A stretch of 38,728 bases of DNA from an uncultured Spartobacteria bacterium (lineage in GTDB: Bacteria; Verrucomicrobiota; Verrucomicrobiia; Chthoniobacterales; UBA6821), in contig CAIZIQ010000021.1 in the NCBI GenBank assembly GCA_903933015.1, positions 1-38,728 of the forward strand, read 5' to 3'. A program made the translations under genes and the position numbers. Below, piece by piece: positions 29,562-38,728 of this stretch. Under the pieces are notes generated by a model. That model was not told where the DNA came from. It saw nothing but the letters and a program-made list of their open reading frames with translations, and ran no database searches. Numbering within the stretch: position 1 is the stretch's first letter; each line of letters opens with the position of its first letter.

Positions 29562-30182
29562 ATGAAAAATATACTGGCATGGATTGCAGTCATTTTTATG
29601 GTGCATGGTCTTCATGCTGAAAACTTTGCCACCAGAGATGGCGATATGTATACCAATGCCACGGTAAAGCGTGTTGAGCCTGATGGCATCGTTGTTGCTG
29701 ATGCGGATGGATTGAGAAAACTGAAGTTCTCAAATCTTTCTCCCGAGCTTCAGCAGAAATATGGCTACGATCCTCAAAAGGCCACACAGTTCAGCAACGC
29801 GATAGCTGCTTCTTCCATCGCCTCACAAACAGAAATGGTGAAGTTTCAAAATAGTCAGCAAGCCGAGAAAATCGCCGCACAACCCACACAAACAACTGCC
29901 GCATCCTCCTCTCCAAACGGATCATCGGCCGCAGCTCAAACTACGCCCCATCCGCACAAGGGAGTTGAAAGCTTTGAGTCTCACATTCACGGCTGCGGCG
30001 GCACTTACGAAGTTCTCTCATGTGATGACACGGGCCTAACGTGTAAACATAAAGAGCACTACAAGACCCGAACCGAATATAAAACGGACACTACAACGGA
30101 ACACATTCCCTACTACTACCTACCTCCCTCTGTTCGATCAGCATGTGGATTTCCACCTCCTTCAATCAACGATCCGATGTGA
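29562..30182 (+). CDS. Secreted hypothetical protein with a Verrucomicrobia-type small beta domain
   Basis: Signal peptide MKNILAWIAVIFMVHGLHA; F.TRDG..Y.NATVKRVEPDGIVV...G.RKLKFS.LSPELQQKYGYDP; Ser/Ala/Thr/Gln linker. Confidence 0.75.
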   Translation: MKNILAWIAVIFMVHGLHAENFATRDGDMYTNATVKRVEPDGIVVADADGLRKLKFSNLSPELQQKYGYDPQKATQFSNAIAASSIASQTEMVKFQNSQQAEKIAAQPTQTTAASSSPNGSSAAAQTTPHPHKGVESFESHIHGCGGTYEVLSCDDTGLTCKHKEHYKTRTEYKTDTTTEHIPYYYLPPSVRSACGFPPPSINDPM

Positions 30183-30268
30183 TCCTTAAAGGCTGAAAAC
30201 TGATTTGCCGCAATCTGTATTAACTAATACGGAATCAACCAGTTAGAAAGGGCGTCGGCGACTAATAC

Positions 30269-30697
30269 TCACGGAATCGATAAAACGAGTCCAATTGGCG
30301 GATTTTCTTCCTGAGAAACGGCAATTCTATTTTGCCCGTTCAAACGGAAAGCGATCACTAGCAGCTTAATTTTCCCAAATGCAGGATCTCCTCCTATTTC
30401 ACGGTATGGTTGCTTCCAGTCAACATGAAGAGAATCATTCTTTATTGACCTCTGAAGAATACCTGTAACATCACGCCAAGAACCGTTTGCACCACAATAT
30501 CCAGATAATATGTCCAAACGTGGCTGAATTATTGTGGCTGATTCAGCTTGCTTCTGCATTGCCTGCAAAAGCTGGTTAAGAGTCATCCCTGTTACGACGG
30601 AACTTGAGGAACCATATGATGTCTTCTGTGACCAATCATCGGCGTGAGCCAATGTTGCTATACAGCATATCCCTAGAAGGATTCGTAGTGTTCTCAT
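30269..30697 (-). CDS. Secreted protein with a SUEL-lectin/DUF3395-like domain
   Basis: Signal peptide; L.ILSGYCG....WRDVT..L...I.N..L......IGGDPAFG..K.L.I.F. Confidence 0.65.
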   Translation of the reverse strand: MRTLRILLGICCIATLAHADDWSQKTSYGSSSSVVTGMTLNQLLQAMQKQAESATIIQPRLDILSGYCGANGSWRDVTGILQRSIKNDSLHVDWKQPYREIGGDPAFGKIKLLVIAFRLNGQNRIAVSQEENPPIGLVLSIP

Positions 30698-31043
30698 GCG
30701 ATGATCTTTATTCTACCGCTTCCTTTCGCTATTAATACAAAATTTACTAGTTTTCCAGTGTTCACGTCAGAGAAGTCATCAAGGTATCTCTTTCCCGTTT
30801 CAGTGGGTGTTCGCATTTAGGGACCCTTTTACCGATATCTCTCTGATCGGAGGCAGAGGTCTCTCTTTTTCTGGTGATCAGGTTCAGATTTCTGCGTTGC
30901 TGCTCGGAGTGCCTCCACCTGCTTTATTGCATCCTTGTAAGAACAATATGGCTGCTTCGCTAGGCAAGCCCATTATGAGTTACCGTTATGACTCTGGTTT
31001 TTTTGAGTCATTAAAATGCCATAGACCCTTTATTTATAAGGGT

Positions 31044-31117
31044 TGGCTGCCTCGCATGGATTCGAACCATGACAAGCAGATCCAGAATCTGCTGTGCTAC
31101 CGTTACACCACAAGGCA
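31044..31117 (-). tRNA. tRNA-Gln (CTG)
   Basis: Minus strand TGCCTTGTGGTGTAACGGTAGCACA-GCAGA-TT-CTG-GA-TCTGC-TTGTCATGGTTCGAATCCATGCGAGGCAGCCA. Confidence 0.97.
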
Positions 31118-31164
31118 GTGGTAAAAAACTGAGCCGGCAAGAGTGCCGCAGTCGGGACCGCTGA

Positions 31165-31845
31165 TCAAGCCTTTGATTCCCTCGCCCCCTCCAAGAGCGA
31201 TGAAACATCGAGGGGGGCGGCTACCGAACCAAACTTCGGGTAGACGTAGCGTGAGGTCACGGTCTTGTCACGGGTGACGCCGGAAACCGATGCGAGACCG
31301 CGCTCCCGGAGCTCTGAAAGGGATGCATGCAGGAGCCGGGAACCAATGCCTCGGTTGCGGTATTCCATCAGCACGGAAGGCCCGCTAACGAGATGGTTCG
31401 GGGCTTCGGGAAGGGGATCGAGCAGCGATGCGGCGATGAACCTGTTCCCTTTGGGAATGACAAGGCAGAGCGGTTCCTCGGCATTGAAGATCCTGGCGAC
31501 TGCGGCCTTCACGTATTCCTCGGCCACTTGAAGGGAGTCATTCCACCCGGAATCCATGGAGAGTGAGAGAAGGATCACATGAAGCACATCCTCTCCCTCT
31601 TCGCGTGTGGCACGGCGGATCAGGTCACTTCCGGCAGCAGGCACCTGCAGGGAACCCAAGGCGTCCGTCTTCCAGACAAAACGGCTCCAGCGGGAAGAAT
31701 CCTTGCTCAGACGGGGACCGCCGAACGAACCTCCCGCAACGGCGGAGTCGGTTGATAGGGCTACCGGAAGCCTGGGTATGGCCGAAGAGGATGCGGTTTG
31801 GAATGCCATCGGGAAGGGCGTGAAGGGAACGTCAAAACTCTTCAC
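31165..31845 (-). CDS. GNAT family N-acetyltransferase
   Basis: V..EYRNRGIGSRLL acetyl-CoA-binding motif; YPKFG; start uncertain. Confidence 0.78.
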   Translation of the reverse strand: MKSFDVPFTPFPMAFQTASSSAIPRLPVALSTDSAVAGGSFGGPRLSKDSSRWSRFVWKTDALGSLQVPAAGSDLIRRATREEGEDVLHVILLSLSMDSGWNDSLQVAEEYVKAAVARIFNAEEPLCLVIPKGNRFIAASLLDPLPEAPNHLVSGPSVLMEYRNRGIGSRLLHASLSELRERGLASVSGVTRDKTVTSRYVYPKFGSVAAPLDVSSLLEGARESKA

Positions 31846-31991
31846 CGGTCAACGGATTTTTCGGCCAGGGGGGATTCCTTCCAACTCTTTTTCCAAATCA
31901 TGTTTGAAGGCGGGGGCAAAAGATGAAAACTTGGCCGTTGTCCGGAATTGTGTCCGGCATCCTTTTTTTGAAACCATCACTCACGCCCACC

Positions 31992-33449
31992 GTGTCAGAG
32001 TCCCATCGTCCCAAACATGAATGCGGCGTCTTCGCCGTCTACGGCCACAAGGATGCGGCACTGCTGACCTACTACGGTCTCTTCGCCCTGCAGCATCGCG
32101 GGCAGGAAAGCGCTGGCATCGCCTCCAGCACCGGGGATGGAAAGACCTTCTCCCTCCACAAGGGAATGGGACTGGTCTCCCAGGTCTTCAATCCGGATGA
32201 CCTTGAATCGCTCAAGGGATCGCGCGCCATCGGCCACGTGCGCTACTCGACCACCGGATCGAGCACGCTGCTTAATTCCCAACCACTCGGCGTCAACACG
32301 GCGCGCGGACAACTGGCAATCGCCCATAACGGCAACTTGGTCAACGCTTCCGCCCTGCGTGCCGAACTCGAGACACGCGGCTCGATCTTCCAGACCACCG
32401 TCGACAGCGAGATCATCCTGCATCTGCTGGCCCAACCTGATGAAACGATGGGAGGCCCCATCGGATCGCTCCGCAGGCTGGAGGGAGCATTCTCCGTTGT
32501 GATCATGGGGGAGAACGAGATCATCGGTGTGCGTGATCCCAGCGGCCTCCGTCCCCTCTCGCTCGGCAAGCTCGATGGAGGATGGATCCTTTCCTCGGAG
32601 ACCTGCGCCTTCGACCTGATCGGCGCCACCTTTGTCCGTGACGTCGAACCCGGCGAAGTCGTCATCATCAGCGATCAGGGGGTCCGTTCCGAGTTCCCAT
32701 TCACTCAGTCACGCGAGGCCTTCTGCATCTTCGAGTATGTCTATTTTTCCAGGCCTGACAGCCGTCTCCGCGGAGTCACGGTCAGCAAGGCCCGTGTCGA
32801 GATGGGCCGCGAACTCGCACGCCTCCACCCGGTCGAGGCCGATGTCGTCATCCCGGTTCCCGACTCCGGGATCTACGCCGCACTCGGTTTCGCCGAGGAG
32901 CTCGGCATTCCCTACGATCCGGCCTTCGTCCGCAATCACTACATCGGACGCACCTTCATCCAACCGACACAGCTGATCCGTGACTTCAACGTCCGCGTGA
33001 AACTGAACCTCATCGGCGAGGCCGTGAAGGGGAAGCGCGTCGTTGTTGTCGATGACTCCGTCGTCCGCGGGACGACCGCAAAAGCCCGCGTGGTGAATCT
33101 CCGTGAGGCCGGTGCCAAAGAGGTGCACCTCCGCATCAGCTGTCCTCCACACCGCCATGCCTGCTACTACGGCATCGACTTCCCCGATCCGGAAAAGCTC
33201 ATCGCTAACCAGCACTCTCACCAGGAGATTTGCGATTACCTGGGTGCCGACAGCATCGGTTACCTGGATGTCGACGGCATGGTGAGGGCCACAGGCCTGG
33301 AGAAGAACTCCTTCTGCATGGCCTGCTTCACGGGCGAGTATCCGGTCCCCTTTGATTCCGCCTTCGACAAACTCATCATGGAACGCCGCAAGGGGAGCGC
33401 CCAACTCCTACCCGACCAGAGCTCCCAACCCTCGTTGCTCACCCCCTGA
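31992..33449 (+). CDS. purF: Amidophosphoribosyltransferase (Fe-S, propeptide type)
   Basis: PKHE-CGVF, LQHRGQESAGI, GHVRYST, CIFEYVYF, VVVDDSVVRGTT, CPP..HACYYGID, CMACF; GTG 31992 is the likely start. Confidence 0.98.
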   Translation: MSESHRPKHECGVFAVYGHKDAALLTYYGLFALQHRGQESAGIASSTGDGKTFSLHKGMGLVSQVFNPDDLESLKGSRAIGHVRYSTTGSSTLLNSQPLGVNTARGQLAIAHNGNLVNASALRAELETRGSIFQTTVDSEIILHLLAQPDETMGGPIGSLRRLEGAFSVVIMGENEIIGVRDPSGLRPLSLGKLDGGWILSSETCAFDLIGATFVRDVEPGEVVIISDQGVRSEFPFTQSREAFCIFEYVYFSRPDSRLRGVTVSKARVEMGRELARLHPVEADVVIPVPDSGIYAALGFAEELGIPYDPAFVRNHYIGRTFIQPTQLIRDFNVRVKLNLIGEAVKGKRVVVVDDSVVRGTTAKARVVNLREAGAKEVHLRISCPPHRHACYYGIDFPDPEKLIANQHSHQEICDYLGADSIGYLDVDGMVRATGLEKNSFCMACFTGEYPVPFDSAFDKLIMERRKGSAQLLPDQSSQPSLLTP

Positions 33450-33467
33450 TCACGGAATTTTTAGCAC

Positions 33468-34574
33468 ATGACAACCAAGAAAAAAGCCACGAAAGCAGCC
33501 AAGGCCACGGTCAAACCCTCACTCAAAAAGGCATCGAAAAGCTCCTACGCCCAGGCCGGAGTCGATGTGAATCTCGGCAACCGGGTCAAGTCGGGCATCG
33601 GCGCCCTGGTACGACCCACGCACGGAGCCGAAGTCCTCGGAGGCATCGGGGGATTCGGAGGTCTCTTCCGTCCTGATTTCAAGAAGCGTGGCATCAAGGA
33701 CCCCGTCCTGGTCTCGAGTGTCGATGGTGTGGGCACGAAGCTGAAGATCGCTTTCGCCACCGACAAGCACGACACGATCGGCGCCGACCTGGTCAACCAC
33801 TGCGTCAACGACATCGCCGTCACCGGTGCCCGCCCTCTCTTCTTCCTCGACTACATCGCGGCGGCGAAGCTCGATCCCCGCGTCATGAAGGAGATCATCA
33901 CGGGTCTCTCCAAGGCCTGCAAGGAGTCCGGTTGCGCCCTCATCGGCGGTGAGACCGCCCAGATGCCCGGGCTCTATGGTGAAGGTGAATACGATCTCGC
34001 CGGCTCCATCACGGGCATTGTGGACCGCAAGGATCTCCTCGATGGCAGCCGGGTGAAGGTCGGCGACGCTCTTGTCGGACTCCCCTCCAACGGACTTCAC
34101 ACCAACGGCTACTCTCTGGCCCGCAAGGTGCTCTTCGACCTGCTCGGGCTGGAACTTTCCGATCGCCCCGCAGGGCTTGGCTCGACCATCCAAGCCGAGC
34201 TCCTCAAGGTCCATCGCAGCTATCTGCCGGCCTTTGAGACGCTTCACAAGATGAAAGGCAAGCCGCTCCATGCAGCAGCCCACATCACCGGGGGAGGCTT
34301 GATCGACAATCTCCCCCGCATTCTCCCCAAGGGATGCGACGCCGTGATCGATCCCCGCTCCTGGAAGGTCCCCGCGATCTTCGGCATCATTGGTCGGGGC
34401 GGGAATGTGGATCCGCTCGAGATGTACCAGGTCTTCAACATGGGTATCGGCATGGTGCTCGTGGTTCCCGGAAAGGAAGGCGCCGCCCTTGCCAAGAAAC
34501 TCGGAGGCAAAGTCATCGGCTCGGTCACCAAGGGAACCGGAATCGTCCGGTTCGATCCCCAACCGGGAAAGTAA
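33468..34574 (+). CDS. purM: Phosphoribosylformylglycinamidine cyclo-ligase (AIR synthetase)
   Basis: YAQAGVD, GGFGGLF, DGVGTKL, LFFLDY, GGETA.MPG, SNG.HTNGYSL, HITGGG, FNMG.G. Confidence 0.98.
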   Translation: MTTKKKATKAAKATVKPSLKKASKSSYAQAGVDVNLGNRVKSGIGALVRPTHGAEVLGGIGGFGGLFRPDFKKRGIKDPVLVSSVDGVGTKLKIAFATDKHDTIGADLVNHCVNDIAVTGARPLFFLDYIAAAKLDPRVMKEIITGLSKACKESGCALIGGETAQMPGLYGEGEYDLAGSITGIVDRKDLLDGSRVKVGDALVGLPSNGLHTNGYSLARKVLFDLLGLELSDRPAGLGSTIQAELLKVHRSYLPAFETLHKMKGKPLHAAAHITGGGLIDNLPRILPKGCDAVIDPRSWKVPAIFGIIGRGGNVDPLEMYQVFNMGIGMVLVVPGKEGAALAKKLGGKVIGSVTKGTGIVRFDPQPGK

Positions 34575-34610
34575 CGCTCCACGCACGCATCAAAATCCCG
34601 CAAGGCCTTC

Positions 34611-35609
34611 ATGAGCGAGGAACCCCAGAATCCCGCGGGACACCGGAAGGCGCTGGGCGTCGGCTTGGGTGCGGGATTGCTCGGGGCTCTTGCGTTGGCC
34701 GTTCGCTACGGATGGCGGAGTACTCTCCGCAGCATCATCCCGGACACGATCTCTCCGGCAGTCTTTGCGACACGCGTCGCCGACACCTCCGCGGGGGAGA
34801 TCGTCTACCATACGGCCGACAGCCAGACTCCGGGTCCTCCACTGCTGTTCCTGCACGGAGTCTTCCCGGGGGCATCCTCCTTCGAGTGGTCCAGAATCTA
34901 CCCGAAGTTTGCGGAAAGCTGGCGGGTTCTCGTCCCGGACATGATCGGATTCGGCGAATCCCAGCGACCCAATCCTCCCGCCACCGCCGAGGAGCAGGTG
35001 CGCTCTCTCGCCGAATTCCTCGATGAGACCGTGCCCGGCCAGGGAGCCGTGATCGTGGCCTCGGGACTGAGCTCCAATATCGCCCTGCTCTTCGCCTCCC
35101 GGTATCCGGAGAAGGCGCTGAAAGTGATTCTCTGGATGCCCGACATCGCGCTCGGCAAGGCGAACCCGTCGCGCGGGTGGCACCGGCTCGGATGGTTTCC
35201 CCGCCTTGCACGGTTGGTCTACCGCTACCAACTCTCCACAGAATCCTTTCTCCGTGCCTGGCTTCTCCGTTCAGGCTTCGTCACCGAGGGACCCGGCCTT
35301 GAGGAATGCCTCACGGTCATCTCCTCCACCGCAACCCAGTACGGCGCGGAGCATTCCTTCCTCGCCCAATGCTCCAAGAGCTACTGGCGGAGCCTGCGCA
35401 CGGGTCTGAGAAATCTCGCCTCACCCGTTTCCGTGATCCTCGCCATCGGCTCTGATAAGGACTCCTCGGCGGCAATCCATGATCTCCGCCCACTGGTGAG
35501 CCGCTTCTCCATCGTGGAGATCACGGCGCAGGGCCAGCTCGCCCCGCTGGCGGAACCGGAATCCGTCGCCGCCGCGATCGAGATCGAACTGCTGACGCCG
35601 AATCCCTGA
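34611..35609 (+). CDS. Membrane-anchored alpha/beta hydrolase-fold protein, likely non-catalytic
   Basis: N-terminal TM helix; PPLLFLHGV..GASS.EW; VPDMIGFGES.RP; the nucleophile elbow reads VASGLSS. Confidence 0.8.
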   Translation: MSEEPQNPAGHRKALGVGLGAGLLGALALAVRYGWRSTLRSIIPDTISPAVFATRVADTSAGEIVYHTADSQTPGPPLLFLHGVFPGASSFEWSRIYPKFAESWRVLVPDMIGFGESQRPNPPATAEEQVRSLAEFLDETVPGQGAVIVASGLSSNIALLFASRYPEKALKVILWMPDIALGKANPSRGWHRLGWFPRLARLVYRYQLSTESFLRAWLLRSGFVTEGPGLEECLTVISSTATQYGAEHSFLAQCSKSYWRSLRTGLRNLASPVSVILAIGSDKDSSAAIHDLRPLVSRFSIVEITAQGQLAPLAEPESVAAAIEIELLTPNP

Positions 35610-35669
35610 CTAGGCACATGATAAATTGATTGCGCCACCCAGAGCACCCGTCACACCATCCGATATTCC

Positions 35670-36965
35670 GTGAACGTTTCCGACCTCAGAGAAATCCTCC
35701 AGTATGTTCCCCGCTTCCGCGAGCGGATCTTCGTGATCGCCGTGGACGGTGCGGTGGCCGCCTCGGAGAACTTCCCCAACATCCTGCTGGATCTGGCCGT
35801 CCTGCGCTCACTCAGCGTGCGGGTCGTTCTGGTCCACGGCGCAAGCCACCAGATCGAGGAGCTTGCAAAAAAGCGTGGCATCTCGGTGACCAACAGCGAC
35901 GGGACGGGCATCACCAACGATGCGACCCTCGAACTGGCGATCGATGCAGCAATACGGCTCACCAACGGGATCATGGAGGGGCTCTCCGCGGTCGATCTGC
36001 GCGCCGCCTACGCCAACGCGATCATCGCCCATCCGGCCGGCATTCTCGGCGGAACCGACCAACTCTTCACCGGGCGGGTGGAGCGCGTCGACAACCATGC
36101 GCTGGAACTCCTCCTCAAGGAGGGGATCATTCCTGTCATCCCTCCCCTGGGATTCGACGGGGAGGGGCGCACCTACCGCGTCAACTCGGATGGAATCGCC
36201 CTTGAGGTGGCCGAGGCGCTGCATGCGGCAAAGATCATTTTTCTGGGAGCAGACGAGGTCGTGGGCGGAACCCATCCACTGCCGCGTCAGCTCTCGATCG
36301 ATGAGTCCGAGGATCTGATCAAGAAGCTCCGTGCCTCGGGAGGCCCCACCGGACTGATTTCCAAAATCGAATGCGCCGCCCGTGCCTGCCGCGGCGGCGT
36401 GCCACGCGCCCACCTGCTTGATGGTCGCATCAACGAGGCGTTACTCACCGAGATCTTCAGCCACGAGGGGTCGGGAACAATGGTCTATTCCAACGAATAC
36501 CAGCAGATCCGCCGCATCTTCAAAAAGGATGTCCGTTCCGTGATGACCCTGATCCGCCAGTCGGTAGAGGACGAAGAGATCGCCCGGAGGACCCGTGCCG
36601 ACATCCTATCCCGGATCGAGGATTACTGGATCCTGGAGGTCGACAGGACTCCGATCGCCTGTGTCGCACTCCATGTCGACCAAGAGCACTCCCTTGCGGA
36701 GATGGCATGCCTCTACGTGAGCAAGGCCCATGAAAACAAGGGTTACGGACGCAAGTTGATGGCCTTCGCAGAGAATCTGGCCAAGGAAAAAGGCGTTGAA
36801 AAAATCTATGCCCTTTCGACCCGGGCGGTGAATTACCTGCAGCAGAAAGGCGGCTACACCGAGGCCGACGCAGGGATCCTCCCCGAGCAGCGTCGCCTGC
36901 GTTACGAGGGAAGCGGCCGGAACTCCAAAATTCTGGTGAAGGAACTTCGTCCGAAGCTTTCCTGA
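35670..36965 (+). CDS. argA: Amino-acid N-acetyltransferase (N-acetylglutamate synthase, AAK+GNAT)
   Basis: LR....Y...FR..IFVIA.DG; LVHGA; TG.V..VD; LL.E.FS.EG.GT; AE.ACLYV; GYG..L; RNSKIL. Confidence 0.95.
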   Translation: MNVSDLREILQYVPRFRERIFVIAVDGAVAASENFPNILLDLAVLRSLSVRVVLVHGASHQIEELAKKRGISVTNSDGTGITNDATLELAIDAAIRLTNGIMEGLSAVDLRAAYANAIIAHPAGILGGTDQLFTGRVERVDNHALELLLKEGIIPVIPPLGFDGEGRTYRVNSDGIALEVAEALHAAKIIFLGADEVVGGTHPLPRQLSIDESEDLIKKLRASGGPTGLISKIECAARACRGGVPRAHLLDGRINEALLTEIFSHEGSGTMVYSNEYQQIRRIFKKDVRSVMTLIRQSVEDEEIARRTRADILSRIEDYWILEVDRTPIACVALHVDQEHSLAEMACLYVSKAHENKGYGRKLMAFAENLAKEKGVEKIYALSTRAVNYLQQKGGYTEADAGILPEQRRLRYEGSGRNSKILVKELRPKLS

Positions 36966-36993
36966 GCAGGGAAGTTCAGGACGCTTCAGACCG

Positions 36994-38577
36994 ATGCCCT
37001 CGCTCCTCCACCGGGGATTCTGGATCGATGCAGCCGTCATCCTCGCCTACTTCGCCCTGATCGTCTGGGTTGGCCTGCGTGCCGGACGAGGTAACACCAC
37101 GCTGAAGGAGTTCGCCCTCGGCGGGCGATCAATCCCATGGTGGGCGGTTCTGGCCTCGATTGTGGCGGCGGAGACAAGTGCGGCAACTTTTCTCGGGACA
37201 CCCGCCGAGGGGTACAAGACCCGTGCTTTTTTCTACGGCCAACTCGCGATCGGCACCGTGATCGCACGCGTTGTCATCGCCTTCACGTTCATCGGCCCTT
37301 ACTACAAGTATGGCGTCGAGAGCATCTATGAGTTCCTGACCGTGCGCTTCGGCCCACGCACCAAGAATGCTGCCAGCGGGATCTTCCTCTTCACCCGTGT
37401 CCTGGGAATCGGAGTGAGGCTCTATCTGGGAGGGGCGTTCCTGGGGGTTGTCTGGCGTCATCTGCACCCCGGAGCACCGGTGCCCCTCACCGTCTATTTC
37501 TGGGGCATCCTCTTCGTGACGCTCGTCACCACCGCCTACACGATCGTTGGAGGAATCAAGGCCGTCGTCTGGACCGACCTGATCCAGGCAACCCTGATGC
37601 TAGGCTCCGTGGCATTTGTCATTTGCTTTCTCGTTGGACATCTGGGCGGGGTGGGCGCTGTCGGTACCGCTCTGGGAGGCTGGAATAGCCTGCAGTGGAT
37701 CCAGGTGGGTTGGGACGGATCACTGCCCTTCGGAAAGGCGCTCTCGGCAATGCTTTCCGAACCCTACACGATCTTTGCGGCCATCATCGGCTCGACCTTC
37801 TTCACCATGGCGACCCATGGCACGGATCAGGATATGGTCCAGAGACTCCTCACCGCTCCCGACATCAGGCGTTCCCGCCTATCCCTTATTCTGAGCGGAC
37901 TGGCTGACATCCCCATCGCCCTGGCCTTTCTGTCGATCGGGATCCTGCTCTGGCTCTATTACCGCGGAACTCACGGAGCACTGCCGGATATCCCGGACAA
38001 CGAGATCTTGCCGGAGTTCATCGTCGCCCACATGCCCGTGGGTCTCCGGGGACTGATCGTGGCGGGTGTCTTCGCCACGATGATGGGATCCACCTCCGCC
38101 GCCCTGAACGCCCTGGCCACAAGCTTCACCGCCGACTTTTACCTCCCCTATATCAACCCCGGGGCAGACGATCGCACCTCGGTCCGCACCGCAAGGATCG
38201 CCACCTTGGTCTTTGGCCTCCTGATGGTGGGTGTCGGCACGTTGGCAGCCTATTCGGTCCTCAAGGATCCTCACCTCACGATCATCCCGATTGCGATCGG
38301 CATCCTCGGCTACACCTACGGCTCTCTGCTCGGCATCTTCCTGCTCGGCATGCTTTCGACGCGGAGGGGAAATGATCGGACAAATGTCGCCGCGATGCTC
38401 TGCGGCATTCTTGCGGTATTCTTCCTAGGTAAGGTTCATTTGCCCGGCATTGTCGACTTCGGGCACTGGATGCCCACCTGGTGGCCAGAGATTGCTTGGC
38501 CCTGGTATGTTCTCATCGGCTGCACCACGACCCTGCTGTTTGCCGCGCCATTCCGGAGCCCCAAGCTAGCGGAGTAG
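36994..38577 (+). CDS. Sodium:solute symporter (SSS) family transporter
   Basis: F.LGGRSIPWWAV..SIVA.ETSA.TFLG.P, SIYEFL..RFG, GG.KAVVWTD..Q, HGTDQDMVQR.L, G.RGL..AG.FA..M. Confidence 0.95.
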   Translation: MPSLLHRGFWIDAAVILAYFALIVWVGLRAGRGNTTLKEFALGGRSIPWWAVLASIVAAETSAATFLGTPAEGYKTRAFFYGQLAIGTVIARVVIAFTFIGPYYKYGVESIYEFLTVRFGPRTKNAASGIFLFTRVLGIGVRLYLGGAFLGVVWRHLHPGAPVPLTVYFWGILFVTLVTTAYTIVGGIKAVVWTDLIQATLMLGSVAFVICFLVGHLGGVGAVGTALGGWNSLQWIQVGWDGSLPFGKALSAMLSEPYTIFAAIIGSTFFTMATHGTDQDMVQRLLTAPDIRRSRLSLILSGLADIPIALAFLSIGILLWLYYRGTHGALPDIPDNEILPEFIVAHMPVGLRGLIVAGVFATMMGSTSAALNALATSFTADFYLPYINPGADDRTSVRTARIATLVFGLLMVGVGTLAAYSVLKDPHLTIIPIAIGILGYTYGSLLGIFLLGMLSTRRGNDRTNVAAMLCGILAVFFLGKVHLPGIVDFGHWMPTWWPEIAWPWYVLIGCTTTLLFAAPFRSPKLAE

Positions 38578-38728
38578 GAGTCTGACATAAAATTCCGATG
38601 GCTGGGTCAAGAGTTTTCGGGAATCCCAGGTGAAATAAAAAGGGGGGCAGTCGGCAATTCTGCTTGAGGAAGGAATCGGCCATTTTTTATTCTGTTCCTC
38701 CCCCAAAAGTCTCCAGCCTCTTGAAATC

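Larger units (their letters stand above)
29452..31068. mobile_element. 1.6-kb low-GC islet inserted at the tRNA-Gln 3' end (att-like direct repeats, no integrase)
   Basis: TGGCTGCCTCGCATGGtTTCGAACC (29452-29476) versus the tRNA 3' end TGGCTGCCTCGCATGGATTCGAACC (31044-31068), 24/25 identical; the intervening DNA is AT-rich. Confidence 0.82.

Noticed and set aside
30807-31208. ORFs 30807..31124 and 31011..31208 as an integrase remnant or small genes
   Set aside because: Both overlap tRNA-Gln and show no tyrosine or serine recombinase motifs.

Overview
GC-rich bacterial chromosomal segment, most likely Verrucomicrobiota (inferred from gene content and protein style). It begins with the 5' part of rpoB and rplL-rplJ-rplA-rplK, with no nusG/secE upstream of rplK. 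Next come YqgE/AlgH and a three-gene operon that looks like a complete bacterial ceramide pathway (Spt, bCerS-like GNAT, CerR-like SDR). These are followed by tRNA-Pro, YbjQ, a phosphosugar mutase, an ABC-2 permease, two L,D-transpeptidases, hemB and tRNA-Glu with tandem copies of its own 3' end. A minus-strand run carries ybeY, a UreF-like gene, clpS, a DUF2017-like gene, recO, GH8 and GH28. A repeat-studded accessory patch (two DoxX-like genes, an HExxH protein) precedes metH, a degenerate esterase, a DUF6580-like membrane protein with a structured candidate cis-regulatory RNA upstream, rlpA and a lipid N-methyltransferase-like gene. A 1.6 kb low-GC islet sits at tRNA-Gln. The window ends with a GNAT, purF, purM, a degenerate alpha/beta hydrolase, argA and a Na+/solute symporter. 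No CRISPR array, integrase or transposase was seen. All family assignments come from motif recognition, not database searches.
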